From Promethearchaeota archaeon (GTDB lineage Archaea; Asgardarchaeota; Lokiarchaeia; Sigyniarchaeales; SOKP01), in NCBI GenBank assembly GCA_048940645.1, contig JBHLOI010000010.1:1-64000 (forward strand): a stretch of DNA of 64,000 nucleotides, in the 5' to 3' direction. The translations under genes and the position numbers were made by a program. The notes beneath the pieces are model-generated. The model did not search any database. It saw only the letters and a list, made by a program, of their open reading frames with translations, and had not been told where the DNA came from. The stretch's first letter is position 1. Every line of letters begins with the position of its first letter. Below are positions 1 to 10,447 of the stretch, one piece after another.

Positions 1-2
1 TT

Positions 3-1112
3 TACACTGTTTTTTGGAGCAAAGAAGTAAGGAACTACTCCTGAACCTGATTCGCCTTCAACTTGTCCATTGACCCACTTGATTCCAGGTTTAGAACCCC
101 AAGGTGATACACCACCTAAATGATGAAGTGCGAACTCCCAAGGGCCATCCCCTGTCATTGTGGTTGTGGCGTATTTAGCGAATACTACCTGACCATTATC
201 AATAGAGAGATGCTTATGTGTATTGACATATTCAGCAATTTCAGCAGCGCCAGAGCTAAAATCACCCCAATTTGTACCTCCATAGGCGTTAAACTGACAA
301 TGCGTTACATGTAAGCTTCGTTGTCTTCCATTTCCTACTTTAATATTCTCACATACTTTAAATGTTTCAAGAGAATGCTCAAAATTTCCTGGATGTCCCA
401 AGTTATTACAGTGAACATGGATAGAATGTGGCAATTTTAGAATTTCGTTAACTTTAGCTAAATTCTCTATAATTTGCCGAGGAGTAACATTCCAATGAAA
501 AACAGGGTCGTCTAAGGATTCACAATTTTTGCCCCAAGCCCAATTTTCCACACCACCAGGGTTTACAATCTTAATTGCATAACCTTTTGTAGCTTTTAAT
601 ATCCAATTGATATAAGCTGTTAATTTATCGATATCATGATCTCGTATATATTTGAGGACAAACCAATTATTTCCGTAAATTGGCATCGCAGCTTTATCAA
701 TAATTGGGATTTCAAGAAATTCTTCATGTGTATGTCGCGCTTCTAATAAAGGCATGGCAGGTTCGACTGCAGTAGTATATCCCATTTGAGCATATTTGTA
801 CCCAGTAAGCCACGTACTAAGTACGCTAAAGCCCGTTCCGGAACGTGTTAATTTAGTTTTTTTCATATTAGATTCAGGAACCTTATCTTCAGGTCTTAAT
901 GCTCTGCCAGTATTTACTTTAGCTCCTGCGATATGGGTGTGAATATCAACACCACCAGGCATTATAATCATGCCTGATGCATCGATAACTTTAGCACCTC
1001 CATTGACTTTGTCGACTATGATTCCATCTTTGATATGAATTTCTTTCTTTTCACCATCAATATTATTCAGCGGATCATATACAATTCCATTCTTTATAAT
1101 TAGATCGCTCAT
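3..1112 (-). CDS. fwdA: Formylmethanofuran dehydrogenase subunit A (partial, runs off window edge)
   Basis: Absent from the ORF track. Manual translation from ATG 1112 gives MSDLIIKNGIVYDPLNNIDGE...MPGGVDIHTHIAGAKVNTGRALRPED...TRSGTG...MGYTTAVEPAMP...HSIHVHCNNLGHPGN, which are FwdA amidohydrolase motifs. Confidence 0.93.
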   Translation of the reverse strand, partial: MSDLIIKNGIVYDPLNNIDGEKKEIHIKDGIIVDKVNGGAKVIDASGMIIMPGGVDIHTHIAGAKVNTGRALRPEDKVPESNMKKTKLTRSGTGFSVLSTWLTGYKYAQMGYTTAVEPAMPLLEARHTHEEFLEIPIIDKAAMPIYGNNWFVLKYIRDHDIDKLTAYINWILKATKGYAIKIVNPGGVENWAWGKNCESLDDPVFHWNVTPRQIIENLAKVNEILKLPHSIHVHCNNLGHPGNFEHSLETFKVCENIKVGNGRQRSLHVTHCQFNAYGGTNWGDFSSGAAEIAEYVNTHKHLSIDNGQVVFAKYATTTMTGDGPWEFALHHLGGVSPWGSKPGIKWVNGQVEGESGSGVVPYFFAPKNSV

Positions 1113-1438
1113 TGTTAATTTCCTATTTTATGGCTATATTTTTATTTAATTCAAAAATTGAGGTTTGATGTTGACAAACTCCTATTATTGTTAAAAATCA
1201 ATGATTTTTATAAAGATTTATTATTATTTTAAGGTTAATTTAGAGAATGGATTTTAGATTTTAAAAGATTGGTTTAATAAAAAATAAAATCAAAAAAGAT
1301 CAGCGCCTTTACTAAAATGAATTGAGCGATTATATAAAAAATTAAGATCAATTAAATTTTTATAATTGTCAAGTTAAATTATTCTTATTAATAAAATCTT
1401 AATTCAAAAAAGATCTATCTGCAAAAGGTTGAATATAA

Positions 1439-1936
1439 ATGAAATCAGGACAAGTTTTAGCTTTATTAAGTGGAATTATAACTCTCCTAGGTACTTTTGT
1501 CTTTGCTATTTATGGATTAACTGGAATAGTTGCAGGTTCTGGGATAGGATTCATTACGAATTTAGGTGATTTATTTTCTAATGCCGATGCAATTGCCCTC
1601 TTTTTAGGATTTGATGTATGGATAATATATTTACTCACAATCTTGTTTCTAATCTTTCTAGCTTCAGGTATATTACAAATGCTTGGCGTAAAATCTAGAG
1701 TATTAGGTTTTATCTTCTCTCTTTTCCCATTAGTCGTTGGTTTTATGATTATTATTTTCTTTTATACAGATATATTAGGTCCTACCACCGCTGTATTCAC
1801 ATTATATTTCGCTGGGGAACATTTCGGTGACTTTTTTCCAATCATAGTAAATCTTGGAGATGTAGGTTTAGGAGCATATTTGTTAGTTAGCGGAGGAGTT
1901 TTAGGGATTATTGGAACATTTTTGCCTCGAGATTAA
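1439..1936 (+). CDS. Hypothetical multi-pass membrane protein (tandem paralog 1)
   Basis: About 4 hydrophobic Gly-rich helices. Same length, N-terminus (MKxGxxLALLxGII) and C-terminus (PRD) as 2184..2681. Confidence 0.8.
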   Translation: MKSGQVLALLSGIITLLGTFVFAIYGLTGIVAGSGIGFITNLGDLFSNADAIALFLGFDVWIIYLLTILFLIFLASGILQMLGVKSRVLGFIFSLFPLVVGFMIIIFFYTDILGPTTAVFTLYFAGEHFGDFFPIIVNLGDVGLGAYLLVSGGVLGIIGTFLPRD

Positions 1937-1969
1937 AATTGCTTAGCAAAAATTCAATATCAAATTACA

Positions 1970-1984
1970 TTTTTTTTCTTTTTT
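1970..1984 (+). terminator. Oligo-T tract, putative archaeal terminator
   Basis: TTTTTTTTCTTTTTT about 35 nt after stop 1936. Confidence 0.4.
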
Positions 1985-2183
1985 CATATCACAAATTTTA
2001 GAAAATTCAAGCAGAAAAAGCTAAAAGAAAAATTGCTATTTTTAAAGTATATAGATATCATTTAGTTATAAATAAATATATGGTATCCAATAATAATAAT
2101 TAAATATCTAATTTTCATTAAAAAGTAAATATTAATTTAAATATAATTATATGAAAAATAAAAATAAAGAAGTGAAATAGAGA

Positions 2184-2681
2184 ATGAAAACTGGTGGGAT
2201 TTTAGCTCTCCTTGGAGGTATTATAAGTCTTGTTGGTACGTTTGTTCTTACGTTTTACGAATTTGCTGCGTATAGTATTATGGGATCCGGAATTGGGTTA
2301 TTAATTAGTGCTGGGGATATTTTTGCAGTAGCAGCATATTATGGATGGACGGTATATCTCTTTGAAATACTTTTTTTGATTTTTATATGGGGAGGGGTAT
2401 TATCAATAATTGGACTAAAAGTTAGAGCTTTAGCGATTATTGGGGGACTTTTTGCAATTATATTAGCTGTTTTTCATATGGTGGTAGCATTTGCAGGGTA
2501 TAGTTTACCCTTAGATTTTTTACAAGCTGCTTTCTTTTTTAGTGGACCGTCAGGAGCCTTTCCGTTACACGTTGCAGTAGGGGATTATGCGGTACCTCTT
2601 CTTACAGCAGGCCTTGGAATATATGTTTTACTTGGTGGTGGAGTTTTAGCTTTTGTTGGCGGCGTAATGCCGAGGGATTAA
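2184..2681 (+). CDS. Hypothetical multi-pass membrane protein (tandem paralog 2)
   Basis: Paralog of 1439..1936 with shared GSGIG, G(V/L)K(S/V)R and LGxYxLxxGGVL motifs. Confidence 0.8.
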   Translation: MKTGGILALLGGIISLVGTFVLTFYEFAAYSIMGSGIGLLISAGDIFAVAAYYGWTVYLFEILFLIFIWGGVLSIIGLKVRALAIIGGLFAIILAVFHMVVAFAGYSLPLDFLQAAFFFSGPSGAFPLHVAVGDYAVPLLTAGLGIYVLLGGGVLAFVGGVMPRD

Positions 2682-2694
2682 TTACTTTCAAATC

Positions 2695-2706
2695 TTTTTT
2701 TTTTTA
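2695..2706 (+). terminator. T12 tract, putative terminator
   Basis: Run of 12 T between convergent stops 2681 and 2716. Confidence 0.4.
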
Positions 2707-2715
2707 ATTTTTAAC

Positions 2716-3396
2716 TTACTCTTGAATATTACTGTTTTTAAAAGCCCTTTTTAATTCTTTAATATCCTCAGTTTTATTTAGGTTGATAAACGTAAGCAAA
2801 TCATTATCAATTGGTCTTATCTCATTCTCTATGGAGATATAGTTAATTTTCCACTTTCTATCATGAATTTTATCTAGTTTGAATTCTTTTACTTCTAAAT
2901 TATTTCTACATAAATAATATGCTTTTTTGGTTGGATAAATTGCGAACAAAGGTTCAACAAAACCATTTTCCCATTGAGGAATGCAACATTCATAATTAAT
3001 GGAATTAGAAATTAAAAGTTCAATGACTTCAAATTGAAGGAAAGGGTTATCACAGGCTAAGACAAATGTTTTTTCATAATTTAAACTTAAAAGCTCTTTA
3101 AAGGAGGAATATAAACCAATTAAAGGACTTCGGATATCTTTTTCCCGAATTACTGAATTATCATCTATAATGAAGCCTGTAATCACTCCATAATCAATAT
3201 TATTAATATATTTCTGAGTTTGTTTTAACGAGTTGGCGGCTAAAAAAATATCTTTTTTGAACTTTTTTAATACTTCGAGTTGATAAGATATAAGAGGTCT
3301 TCCTTGAAGTTCAAATAACCCTTTATCAGTCCCAAATCTTTTACTTTTTCCACCTATTAGGATTACAAAAGCAAGATATTTTTTTTTGTCGATTAT
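2716..3396 (-). CDS. mobA: Molybdenum cofactor guanylyltransferase (start extended, non-canonical start codon)
   Basis: The track ORF starts at 3186, but the frame stays open upstream through the essential ILIGGKSKRFGTDKG motif. No ATG/GTG/TTG occurs before the in-frame TAG at 3441, so the start is probably ATA 3396 or ATC 3393. Also has LACDNP, EPLFAIY and NLN motifs. Confidence 0.85.
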   Translation of the reverse strand: MIDKKKYLAFVILIGGKSKRFGTDKGLFELQGRPLISYQLEVLKKFKKDIFLAANSLKQTQKYINNIDYGVITGFIIDDNSVIREKDIRSPLIGLYSSFKELLSLNYEKTFVLACDNPFLQFEVIELLISNSINYECCIPQWENGFVEPLFAIYPTKKAYYLCRNNLEVKEFKLDKIHDRKWKINYISIENEIRPIDNDLLTFINLNKTEDIKELKRAFKNSNIQE

Positions 3397-3522
3397 TTTT
3401 GAACAGCTTGTTTTATAATTTAATAATATTCTATTAAACTAATAATTAAAAATCATAACTCATTTAAATTAATTGTATCTAAAGATAAATTTGTAAATCT
3501 CCTTCTCAAAATACTAAAAATT

Positions 3523-5052
3523 ATGCCCATCAAAAGTAAAAAAATTCTCATTAGAGAAAAACCCAAAGAACATTGTGCCGTTTTTGGAGTAACCTGCGAT
3601 GATTTAGGATATTCCGTATCTAATATCATATATACTGGTCTTATTGCGCAGCAACACAGAGGCCAAGAATCAGCCGGTATTTCTATTCTTAAAACCGGAG
3701 GACGGATATACACCTATAAGAAAAAGGGATTAGTATCAACAGTGCTTAATAATAAAATATTGTCAACATTCTGGGGGAATATTGGAATTGGACACAATAG
3801 ATATGCTACTACTGGTTCAGAGGAATATACTACTCTTGATTATATACAACCATATCATATTAAGAATAACGAAATCGAATTTTCGATGGCTTTCAATGGG
3901 ACAATCCCAAATTATTTAGATCTCAAAAAAAATATGGAAGAAATGGGCAAAGTTTTTATTACTAATACAGATACGGAAATTGCTGCACAATTTATTGCTT
4001 CAATAGCTATAGGAACTGAAGATTGGGCAGAAATCTTAAAAATAGCTAGCAAATTTTTTGATGGTTCCTATTCATTGATTCTTCTAACTCCAGAGGGTGA
4101 TATTTATGCAATGCGAGATCCTTTAGGTTTTAAACCTTTATGTATTGGTGAATTAAAAACTGAAAAAAGGAACATCTATTTAGTCTCATCTGAATCCTGT
4201 GGTATAGATGCTGTGGGAGGTAAATTCTTAAGGGATGTAGAACCAGGAGAAATTGTCCACTTAAGCCATCAAAAAGATATTAAATCTAAAGCGGTATTGA
4301 AAAGAGAGAGATCTGCTTTATGTCAATTCGAATTTGTATATTTTGCTCGCCCTGATTCAATTATAGACGGTGTATCTGTTGCAGAAGCAAGACTAAGATT
4401 AGGAATGAATTTAGCTAAAACGGATCCACTTTTAAAGGATCGAGAGTTTAGAGAAAATGCAATTGTAGTCCCAGTACCTGATTCTGGGCGAAGTGTGGCT
4501 GTTGGTTATGCACAAGAAGCAAAATTACCTTATGCTGAAGGATTAATGAAAAATAGATATGTTCATAGGACCTTTATCATGCCTGGTCAGGCAAAACGTA
4601 GGATAGCTGTAAAAGAAAAACTCAATCCAATTAAAAGTGTAGTTCAAGGTAAAGATGTTATAATTCTAGATGACTCTATTGTAAGGGGAACAACAACCCA
4701 ACAAATAGTCTCATTATTAAGGGAGAAAGGAGGCGCTAAAACCGTTAATCTTCGAATTAGCTGCCCTCCTATTATATCCGCTTGTTATATGGGTATAGAT
4801 TTCCCCACTAGAGAAGAATTAATCGCAGGAAGATATCAAATATTATATAAAGATGAAAATTACATTGAGAAGGTTCGAAAGACGATTGGTGCAGATACAT
4901 TAAGATATCAGACTATTGATGATTTAATTGAAGCTATTGGAAAGAAAAGGAGTCAATTATGCTTAGCATGCCTTACAGGAGACTATCCTTTAAAATCAGT
5001 CAAAAAAATAGCCGAATTAGAAAATTCAATCGTAATGAGTAGAATTAAATAA
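3523..5052 (+). CDS. purF: Amidophosphoribosyltransferase (canonical, propeptide plus catalytic Cys)
   Basis: EHC-AVFG, QHRGQESAG, GHNRYAT, DDSIVRGTT, CYMGIDF and CLACLTG. Confidence 0.96.
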   Translation: MPIKSKKILIREKPKEHCAVFGVTCDDLGYSVSNIIYTGLIAQQHRGQESAGISILKTGGRIYTYKKKGLVSTVLNNKILSTFWGNIGIGHNRYATTGSEEYTTLDYIQPYHIKNNEIEFSMAFNGTIPNYLDLKKNMEEMGKVFITNTDTEIAAQFIASIAIGTEDWAEILKIASKFFDGSYSLILLTPEGDIYAMRDPLGFKPLCIGELKTEKRNIYLVSSESCGIDAVGGKFLRDVEPGEIVHLSHQKDIKSKAVLKRERSALCQFEFVYFARPDSIIDGVSVAEARLRLGMNLAKTDPLLKDREFRENAIVVPVPDSGRSVAVGYAQEAKLPYAEGLMKNRYVHRTFIMPGQAKRRIAVKEKLNPIKSVVQGKDVIILDDSIVRGTTTQQIVSLLREKGGAKTVNLRISCPPIISACYMGIDFPTREELIAGRYQILYKDENYIEKVRKTIGADTLRYQTIDDLIEAIGKKRSQLCLACLTGDYPLKSVKKIAELENSIVMSRIK

Positions 5053-5072
5053 ATTCTCTCCATCTTAGATTA

Positions 5073-6521
5073 TTATACCTTATTAATAATTGATTCCTCT
5101 TCCTCTATTTCTAAGGATATTGTTAATCCCTTGCCATCCCAGCAATATGTACAAAGCTTCTCTTTGGGTAAACCTATTGCTTTAACTAAATTTTCGAGTT
5201 TTTGATATTTCAAGCTTGTTAATTTTAATTTCTTACATATAATTTCAACCATTTCTTTATATTTTTGTGATTCTGGATCTGTGTATTCGATAGGATTATC
5301 TAAATCCTTACCAATTAATTCTTTTATGGCCCAACGCCCCGCTAAATCTAATTCAGAACGAGATCGTGAGAAATTAAGAAATTTACAACTAAAAACTAAT
5401 GGAGGACAGGCTGGTCGCATATGAATTTCTTTAGCCCCATAGTCGTATAATCTTTGAATTGTTTTTTTTAATTGTGTCCCTCGTACAATTGAATCTTCGC
5501 AGAAGAGTAAGCGTTTATCATTAATTAGATCCATAATTGGGATGAGTTTCATCTTCGCAACTTTATCTCTAACAGCCTGATCTTGAGGTGTAAAACTACG
5601 TGGCCATGTAGGCGTGAACTTTACAAAGGGACGCGAAAAAGGAATTTTTGCCTCGTTTGCATAACCCAAACCATGGGCTGTTCCCGAATCTGGAATACCT
5701 GAGACAAGATCAATTTCTACATCATCATTTTTTGCCAGATAAGCACCACACCTATAGCGAACAGTCTCTACATTAATACCCTCATAACTAGATGCGGGAT
5801 ATCCATAATAAACCCATAAGAAAGAACAGATTTGTAAGTGGTTTCCAGGCTCAATTTTTTGTTCAAGACCATTTTTACTTACTAAAATAACCTCACCTGG
5901 TCCGAGATATCTTGTTGGTTTAAATCCAAGATTAGGAAATGCACAAGTTTCCATTGTAATAGCATAAGAGCCTGGCTTTTCCCCAATAATGAGAGGAGTA
6001 CGACCGTATTTATCTCTTACTGCATATATTACTTCATCCGTCATCAAAAGCATGGTACATGAACCATCAATCATATCTTGGACTTTTTGAATTCCCTCTT
6101 CAAATGTGGATCCTTGACTAATAAGGGTTGCTACTAATTCAGTTGGATTAATCTCTCCACCATGCATTTCTGAGAAATGAATTCCATTTTTAAGGGCCAT
6201 TGTTGTAAGGTTTTCTATGTTATTAATTTTTGCGACAGTGACTATCGCGAAAACACCTAAATGGGAGTTTATTATCAAAGGTTGATCATCAGTATCACTA
6301 ATAACTCCAATACCCTTAGTTCCATGCATTTTCTTAATTTCTCTTTCGAATTTTGACCTAAATTGAGCATTTGTTATATCCTTAATATATCTTTGAAAAC
6401 CTTCAGCATTTTTTACTGCCAAACCTCCCCTTACAGTTCCTAAATGTGTGTGATAATCTGTCCCATAAAAAAGATCATTAACGCAATCAGTATCTGAAAA
6501 AACTCCGAATAACCCACCCAT
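5073..6521 (-). CDS. purF: Amidophosphoribosyltransferase-like protein lacking the N-terminal catalytic Cys
   Basis: Starts MGGLFG and has HTHLGTVRGG in place of QHRGQE. Retains PDSG, EDSIVRGT, RPACPP and CTYCW. Confidence 0.88.
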   Translation of the reverse strand: MGGLFGVFSDTDCVNDLFYGTDYHTHLGTVRGGLAVKNAEGFQRYIKDITNAQFRSKFEREIKKMHGTKGIGVISDTDDQPLIINSHLGVFAIVTVAKINNIENLTTMALKNGIHFSEMHGGEINPTELVATLISQGSTFEEGIQKVQDMIDGSCTMLLMTDEVIYAVRDKYGRTPLIIGEKPGSYAITMETCAFPNLGFKPTRYLGPGEVILVSKNGLEQKIEPGNHLQICSFLWVYYGYPASSYEGINVETVRYRCGAYLAKNDDVEIDLVSGIPDSGTAHGLGYANEAKIPFSRPFVKFTPTWPRSFTPQDQAVRDKVAKMKLIPIMDLINDKRLLFCEDSIVRGTQLKKTIQRLYDYGAKEIHMRPACPPLVFSCKFLNFSRSRSELDLAGRWAIKELIGKDLDNPIEYTDPESQKYKEMVEIICKKLKLTSLKYQKLENLVKAIGLPKEKLCTYCWDGKGLTISLEIEEEESIINKV

Positions 6522-6629
6522 AAAATAATATCTACTGAGATCAATTTTAAATGAAATTATTAATCTGATAAGATTTTAAAAAGCTAAAAATACAGCATTA
6601 AAGCAAACACTAAAAAATCTTAAATATAT

Positions 6630-9011
6630 TTATTTTATACACTCAAATAATCCACCAATTAATTGACCAGTACTGATTCCAGCATCTCCAGGTGGTATAA
6701 GATTATGTTCTATAAAAGAAAACCCATTTTCAGTTATGCTTTTTTTAATAGCGCTTGAAAAAGCATAATTATATGCAACTCCACCACTTAATCCTATTAT
6801 ATTAATATCATGAGATTTAGCAATCTTTATTGCTACTTCAGCAAAAGTATCTCCTAATTTTGTTTGAAAAGCAGCAGCAATATCAGCTTTATTGCTTTTG
6901 AATGTTTTTTTCAAATCTATAATTTTCAAAATTAAATCTGATGTGTTAATAACATATTTTCCATTCTTTAGAGAATATTGAATGTCAAGGTCTACATTCT
7001 CGGGATTTCCCTTGGCTGCTAAACCTTCCAACCTCATGGCAGGCTCACCCCTATAGGTTTTAATGTTTGAAACCCCTAAAATATATGATACACTGTCAAA
7101 GATTCTTCCCGTTGAGCTTGATAGAGGAATATTTTGATTTGGAAAAGTATTACGTGCGTTTCTAAAGAGAGAAATAAGAGTTTCTAACTCTTTTTCTTTA
7201 TATTCTAAATCATTCTTTAAATTAAGTGTTTCGAATATTTGATGTGTTTCTTTGAGTTCACTTGAATTTAATACTATTGAAGCAACCATTCTTGCGGGAT
7301 ATTTAGTACAACGGTCTCCTCCTATCATAGGTTGGTATTGCAAGTGTCCCAATCGCTTATAATCATAGTAAGAACATAATAATATCTCACCACCCCATAC
7401 ATTACCATCATCACCATACCCTACACCATCAACACTTATACAGATAACTACTTCTTCTTTCTTTATATTATTTTCAGCCATTAAACTTAATGCATGGGCA
7501 TAATGATGTTGAATCGGATACAACTGCACCTCGTATAAAGAAGCCAATTCTTTGCCTAATTTAGTAGAAATAAAAGTTGGATGCGCATCACAGGTAATAA
7601 ATTCAATCTCCGAGTCTTTAATTTGCAATAGTTTTTTCATATGAAAAATAGCATCTTTCAAAAATTCATAAGTCTCTAAATGAGTCGTATTTCCAATATG
7701 TTGGGTGGGAAAAATTCGATTTTTTCGGAGAATTGCTCCAGTTACAGATAATTCTGGTCCTGTTGCTATAGCTCCTGGTATATTGACCTCAAATGGTAAT
7801 GGTAAATATTCTGGAATATAACCTCTTGATCTTCTCATTAGCTTCATTTTATTATGATGTAATCTTAAAACACTATCATCAGCTCTCTGATAAATTTTTC
7901 TATTATGCAATAAAAATACATCAGCTAAATCCTTTAGTTGGTCGAATATCTTATCATTTTCAATTCCCATAGGAATATTAGATCTGTTTCCGCTTGTATA
8001 AACTAATGGTTTTTCTCCAATAAAATCAAATAATAAATAATGAATTCCAGAATATGGAAGCATAAATCCAACGTTATTAAGTCCAGGAGCTACCCAATCG
8101 CTTATAATGCTACTAGAATTTCTTTTTCTCTCCAACAAAACAATAGGTCTACGATAAGATGTAATTATTTTTTGCTCTTGCTTAGAAATTTTGAATTCAT
8201 CTTCAATTAGTTCTAGATTTGGAACCATTAATGCAAATGGTTTATATCTTCTTCCTCCTTTTCTAGATCGAAGTTCTAAAATCGTTTTATCGTTATCAGC
8301 AAGACAAACAAGATGAATACCACCTATTCCTTTAACAGCAATTACTTCACCTTTTTTAATTCTAGCTGAAACATCTTGCATTATCTCATTTATCGATAAT
8401 TTTGGAATTAGCTGCTTATTCCTGCCAAATAATTGATAATGTGGACCACAAATAGAACAAGCAAAAGTTTGAGCATGAAATCTTCGATTATTAAAATCAG
8501 AGTATTCTTTTTGGCATGAACTGCAAAATGGGAACTCAATCATAGTAGATCTTTCTCTATCATAAGGTAATTCTGTCACAGTTGTAAAACGAGGACCACA
8601 AACCGCACATGCAATAAATGGATAGTTAAAATATTTATTAATACCTTGATTTCTCATTTCATTCAAACATTCATCACAAATAGCAATGTCTGAAGGTAAA
8701 GTAAGACTTATACCTCTTCCATGCTCACTTGGTTTTATCTCTAAATGACTAAATTCAATATTATTATCTAAATTTTTAATCTTTATACTCTCAATATAGC
8801 AGATTTTTGGGCATTTGGTTCTAATGTTTTCAATAAATATATCTATTTGTTTTGTATTACCTTGTAGCACACAACGAACTCCAGCGTTTCCTCTATTTAA
8901 GAGAAATCCTTTTAATTCATACTGGTTAGCTAAATTGAATAAAAATGGACGGAATCCTACTCCCTGAACAATTCCAGTAACAATAATTTCTACGGTCCTT
9001 ACTTCATTCAC
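6630..9011 (-). CDS. hypF: Hydrogenase maturation carbamoyltransferase
   Basis: GIVQGVGFRPF, Zn-finger CxxC motifs, RRFHAQ, KGIGG, QHHYAH, DGVGYG and PPGDAGISTGQ. Confidence 0.97.
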   Translation of the reverse strand: MNEVRTVEIIVTGIVQGVGFRPFLFNLANQYELKGFLLNRGNAGVRCVLQGNTKQIDIFIENIRTKCPKICYIESIKIKNLDNNIEFSHLEIKPSEHGRGISLTLPSDIAICDECLNEMRNQGINKYFNYPFIACAVCGPRFTTVTELPYDRERSTMIEFPFCSSCQKEYSDFNNRRFHAQTFACSICGPHYQLFGRNKQLIPKLSINEIMQDVSARIKKGEVIAVKGIGGIHLVCLADNDKTILELRSRKGGRRYKPFALMVPNLELIEDEFKISKQEQKIITSYRRPIVLLERKRNSSSIISDWVAPGLNNVGFMLPYSGIHYLLFDFIGEKPLVYTSGNRSNIPMGIENDKIFDQLKDLADVFLLHNRKIYQRADDSVLRLHHNKMKLMRRSRGYIPEYLPLPFEVNIPGAIATGPELSVTGAILRKNRIFPTQHIGNTTHLETYEFLKDAIFHMKKLLQIKDSEIEFITCDAHPTFISTKLGKELASLYEVQLYPIQHHYAHALSLMAENNIKKEEVVICISVDGVGYGDDGNVWGGEILLCSYYDYKRLGHLQYQPMIGGDRCTKYPARMVASIVLNSSELKETHQIFETLNLKNDLEYKEKELETLISLFRNARNTFPNQNIPLSSSTGRIFDSVSYILGVSNIKTYRGEPAMRLEGLAAKGNPENVDLDIQYSLKNGKYVINTSDLILKIIDLKKTFKSNKADIAAAFQTKLGDTFAEVAIKIAKSHDINIIGLSGGVAYNYAFSSAIKKSITENGFSFIEHNLIPPGDAGISTGQLIGGLFECIK

Positions 9012-9145
9012 AAAAATATCTCAAAAATAATTAAAATCTAAAATTAATTAATTATCCATCAAAAAAAAATATAATATTTTATTTAGAAAAGTATTAAATG
9101 CCTTAAAATTAATCTTTATAATTAAAAAATGACAAGGTAATAGAA

Positions 9146-10018
9146 ATGAAGACACAAGAAAATTTATGGGACATTCCATATCATAAAGCCTTTTTTAAAA
9201 CTAGTCATAATTCTTATGAGCATTCTATAAGAGAACAATTAAATAAAGGGTTACGAGGTCTTGAATATGATATTCATAGTAATAAAATTCAAGAACTCAA
9301 TGACTTTGAAGTTTACCTTTTTAAAGATTATTATAATGTAATGCTTAATGTTGATGGAAATCCAAGTGATTACTTATTTTCAAATTGGCTAAAAATTTTA
9401 AGAGAATGGTCTAATAAACAAGATAGCGAACATGCACCAATAACTCTTTTTATAGAATTAAAAGATAAAATTATTGATTCGGATAACACATCAGATGAAT
9501 TATATGGAATTGGCAAATTAAATGAAATTATAATCAATTCTATTCCCTTAAATAAATTATACACTTATAAAAACTTCAAGGAAAGCAATTTTAACTGGCC
9601 TACTGTCAGTGATCTAAAAGGAAGGATTATAATCGTTCTTACTAGCTATTGGGGTGGTTCTTGGGTTTCAAACGAGGGTGGTTTTGAATCCAGATTAGAA
9701 TACCTATCAAGAAGTTTAGAAGGTAAAGATGATATATGCTTTGTCTCTTGGATTGAAGATGATAAAGGAGATCAAGCCTTATTTGTAAAAGAAAATACTC
9801 ACTTTTGGAAATGTAGCATCGATTATAGCAGAAAAAACTATAATGTTATATATTCAAAACAAAGATTAACTAGAGTTGATTATGATAAAATTATAGATGG
9901 TAAGCATGTAGAAACATATTATAACAAAAATTATATAACTGGATACCGATGTAATTTTCCATCTACAGATATGTGGAATACCAAACTTTACAACAATTCA
10001 TTCCCATGGTCGATTTGA
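9146..10018 (+). CDS. PI-PLC-like phosphodiesterase (TIM-barrel) family protein
   Basis: SHNSY...QLNKGLRGLEYDIH, HAPITLFIELKD and WPTVSDLKGRII. Confidence 0.65.
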   Translation: MKTQENLWDIPYHKAFFKTSHNSYEHSIREQLNKGLRGLEYDIHSNKIQELNDFEVYLFKDYYNVMLNVDGNPSDYLFSNWLKILREWSNKQDSEHAPITLFIELKDKIIDSDNTSDELYGIGKLNEIIINSIPLNKLYTYKNFKESNFNWPTVSDLKGRIIIVLTSYWGGSWVSNEGGFESRLEYLSRSLEGKDDICFVSWIEDDKGDQALFVKENTHFWKCSIDYSRKNYNVIYSKQRLTRVDYDKIIDGKHVETYYNKNYITGYRCNFPSTDMWNTKLYNNSFPWSI

Positions 10019-10055
10019 TTAAAAAAGTGAAAAATATTGACTCGCTTACAATAAA

Positions 10056-10089
10056 TTTATAAATTTTCTTTACATTTTTGTTAATTAGA
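10056..10089 (+). promoter_or_regulatory. TATA box plus conserved downstream element, repeat copy 1
   Basis: TTTATAAA at 10056-10063 and TTACATTTTTGTTAATTAGA at 10070-10089, duplicated with identical spacing at 10448-10481. Confidence 0.65.
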
Positions 10090-10118
10090 ATTGAAATTAA
10101 AAAAAGGGTGAACAAAAT

Positions 10119-10346
10119 ATTAAAATAATTGCCCATGCTATTGAGGGATATTCAAAATTTCTACATCCTGATTATCTTTCTGCAGCAACAATACCAACAG
10201 TTGACTACTTTAGTGTCGATTTTACAGATAATTTTTTGTCAGTTTCAGAAGTTTGGATTATTGCTGGAATTATTATATGTCTAGTTTTAACTGTTTATTT
10301 CATCAATAACTATATTTCCTCAAAAAAAAATTCGCGGTCAATTTAG
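10119..10346 (+). CDS. Unannotated 75-aa membrane-anchored peptide, putative RiPP precursor 1 (ATT start)
   Basis: (M)KIIAHAIEGYSKFLHPDYLSAATIPTVDYFSVDFTDNFLSVSEVWIIAGIIICLVLTVYFINNYISSKKNSRSI*. SD-like GGGTGA lies upstream and there is an in-frame TAA at 10098. Many differences from copy 2 are synonymous. Confidence 0.8.
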   Translation: MKIIAHAIEGYSKFLHPDYLSAATIPTVDYFSVDFTDNFLSVSEVWIIAGIIICLVLTVYFINNYISSKKNSRSI

Positions 10347-10447
10347 CGATATTTATACCTATCGTCAGAAATGAATATCAAAATTAATTGATTGAATTTT
10401 AAATTTGAAAATCGAATAATAAGAAATTCTGAATAGAACACTAAATG

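Noticed and set aside
120-314. Short track ORFs antisense or out of frame within long genes (e.g. 120..314, 3453..3713, 15808..16089, 16165..16494, 26894..27226, 41344..41691, 43631..43819, 63470..63652, 63805..63993)
   Set aside because: Shadow ORFs of well-supported genes, with no motifs.
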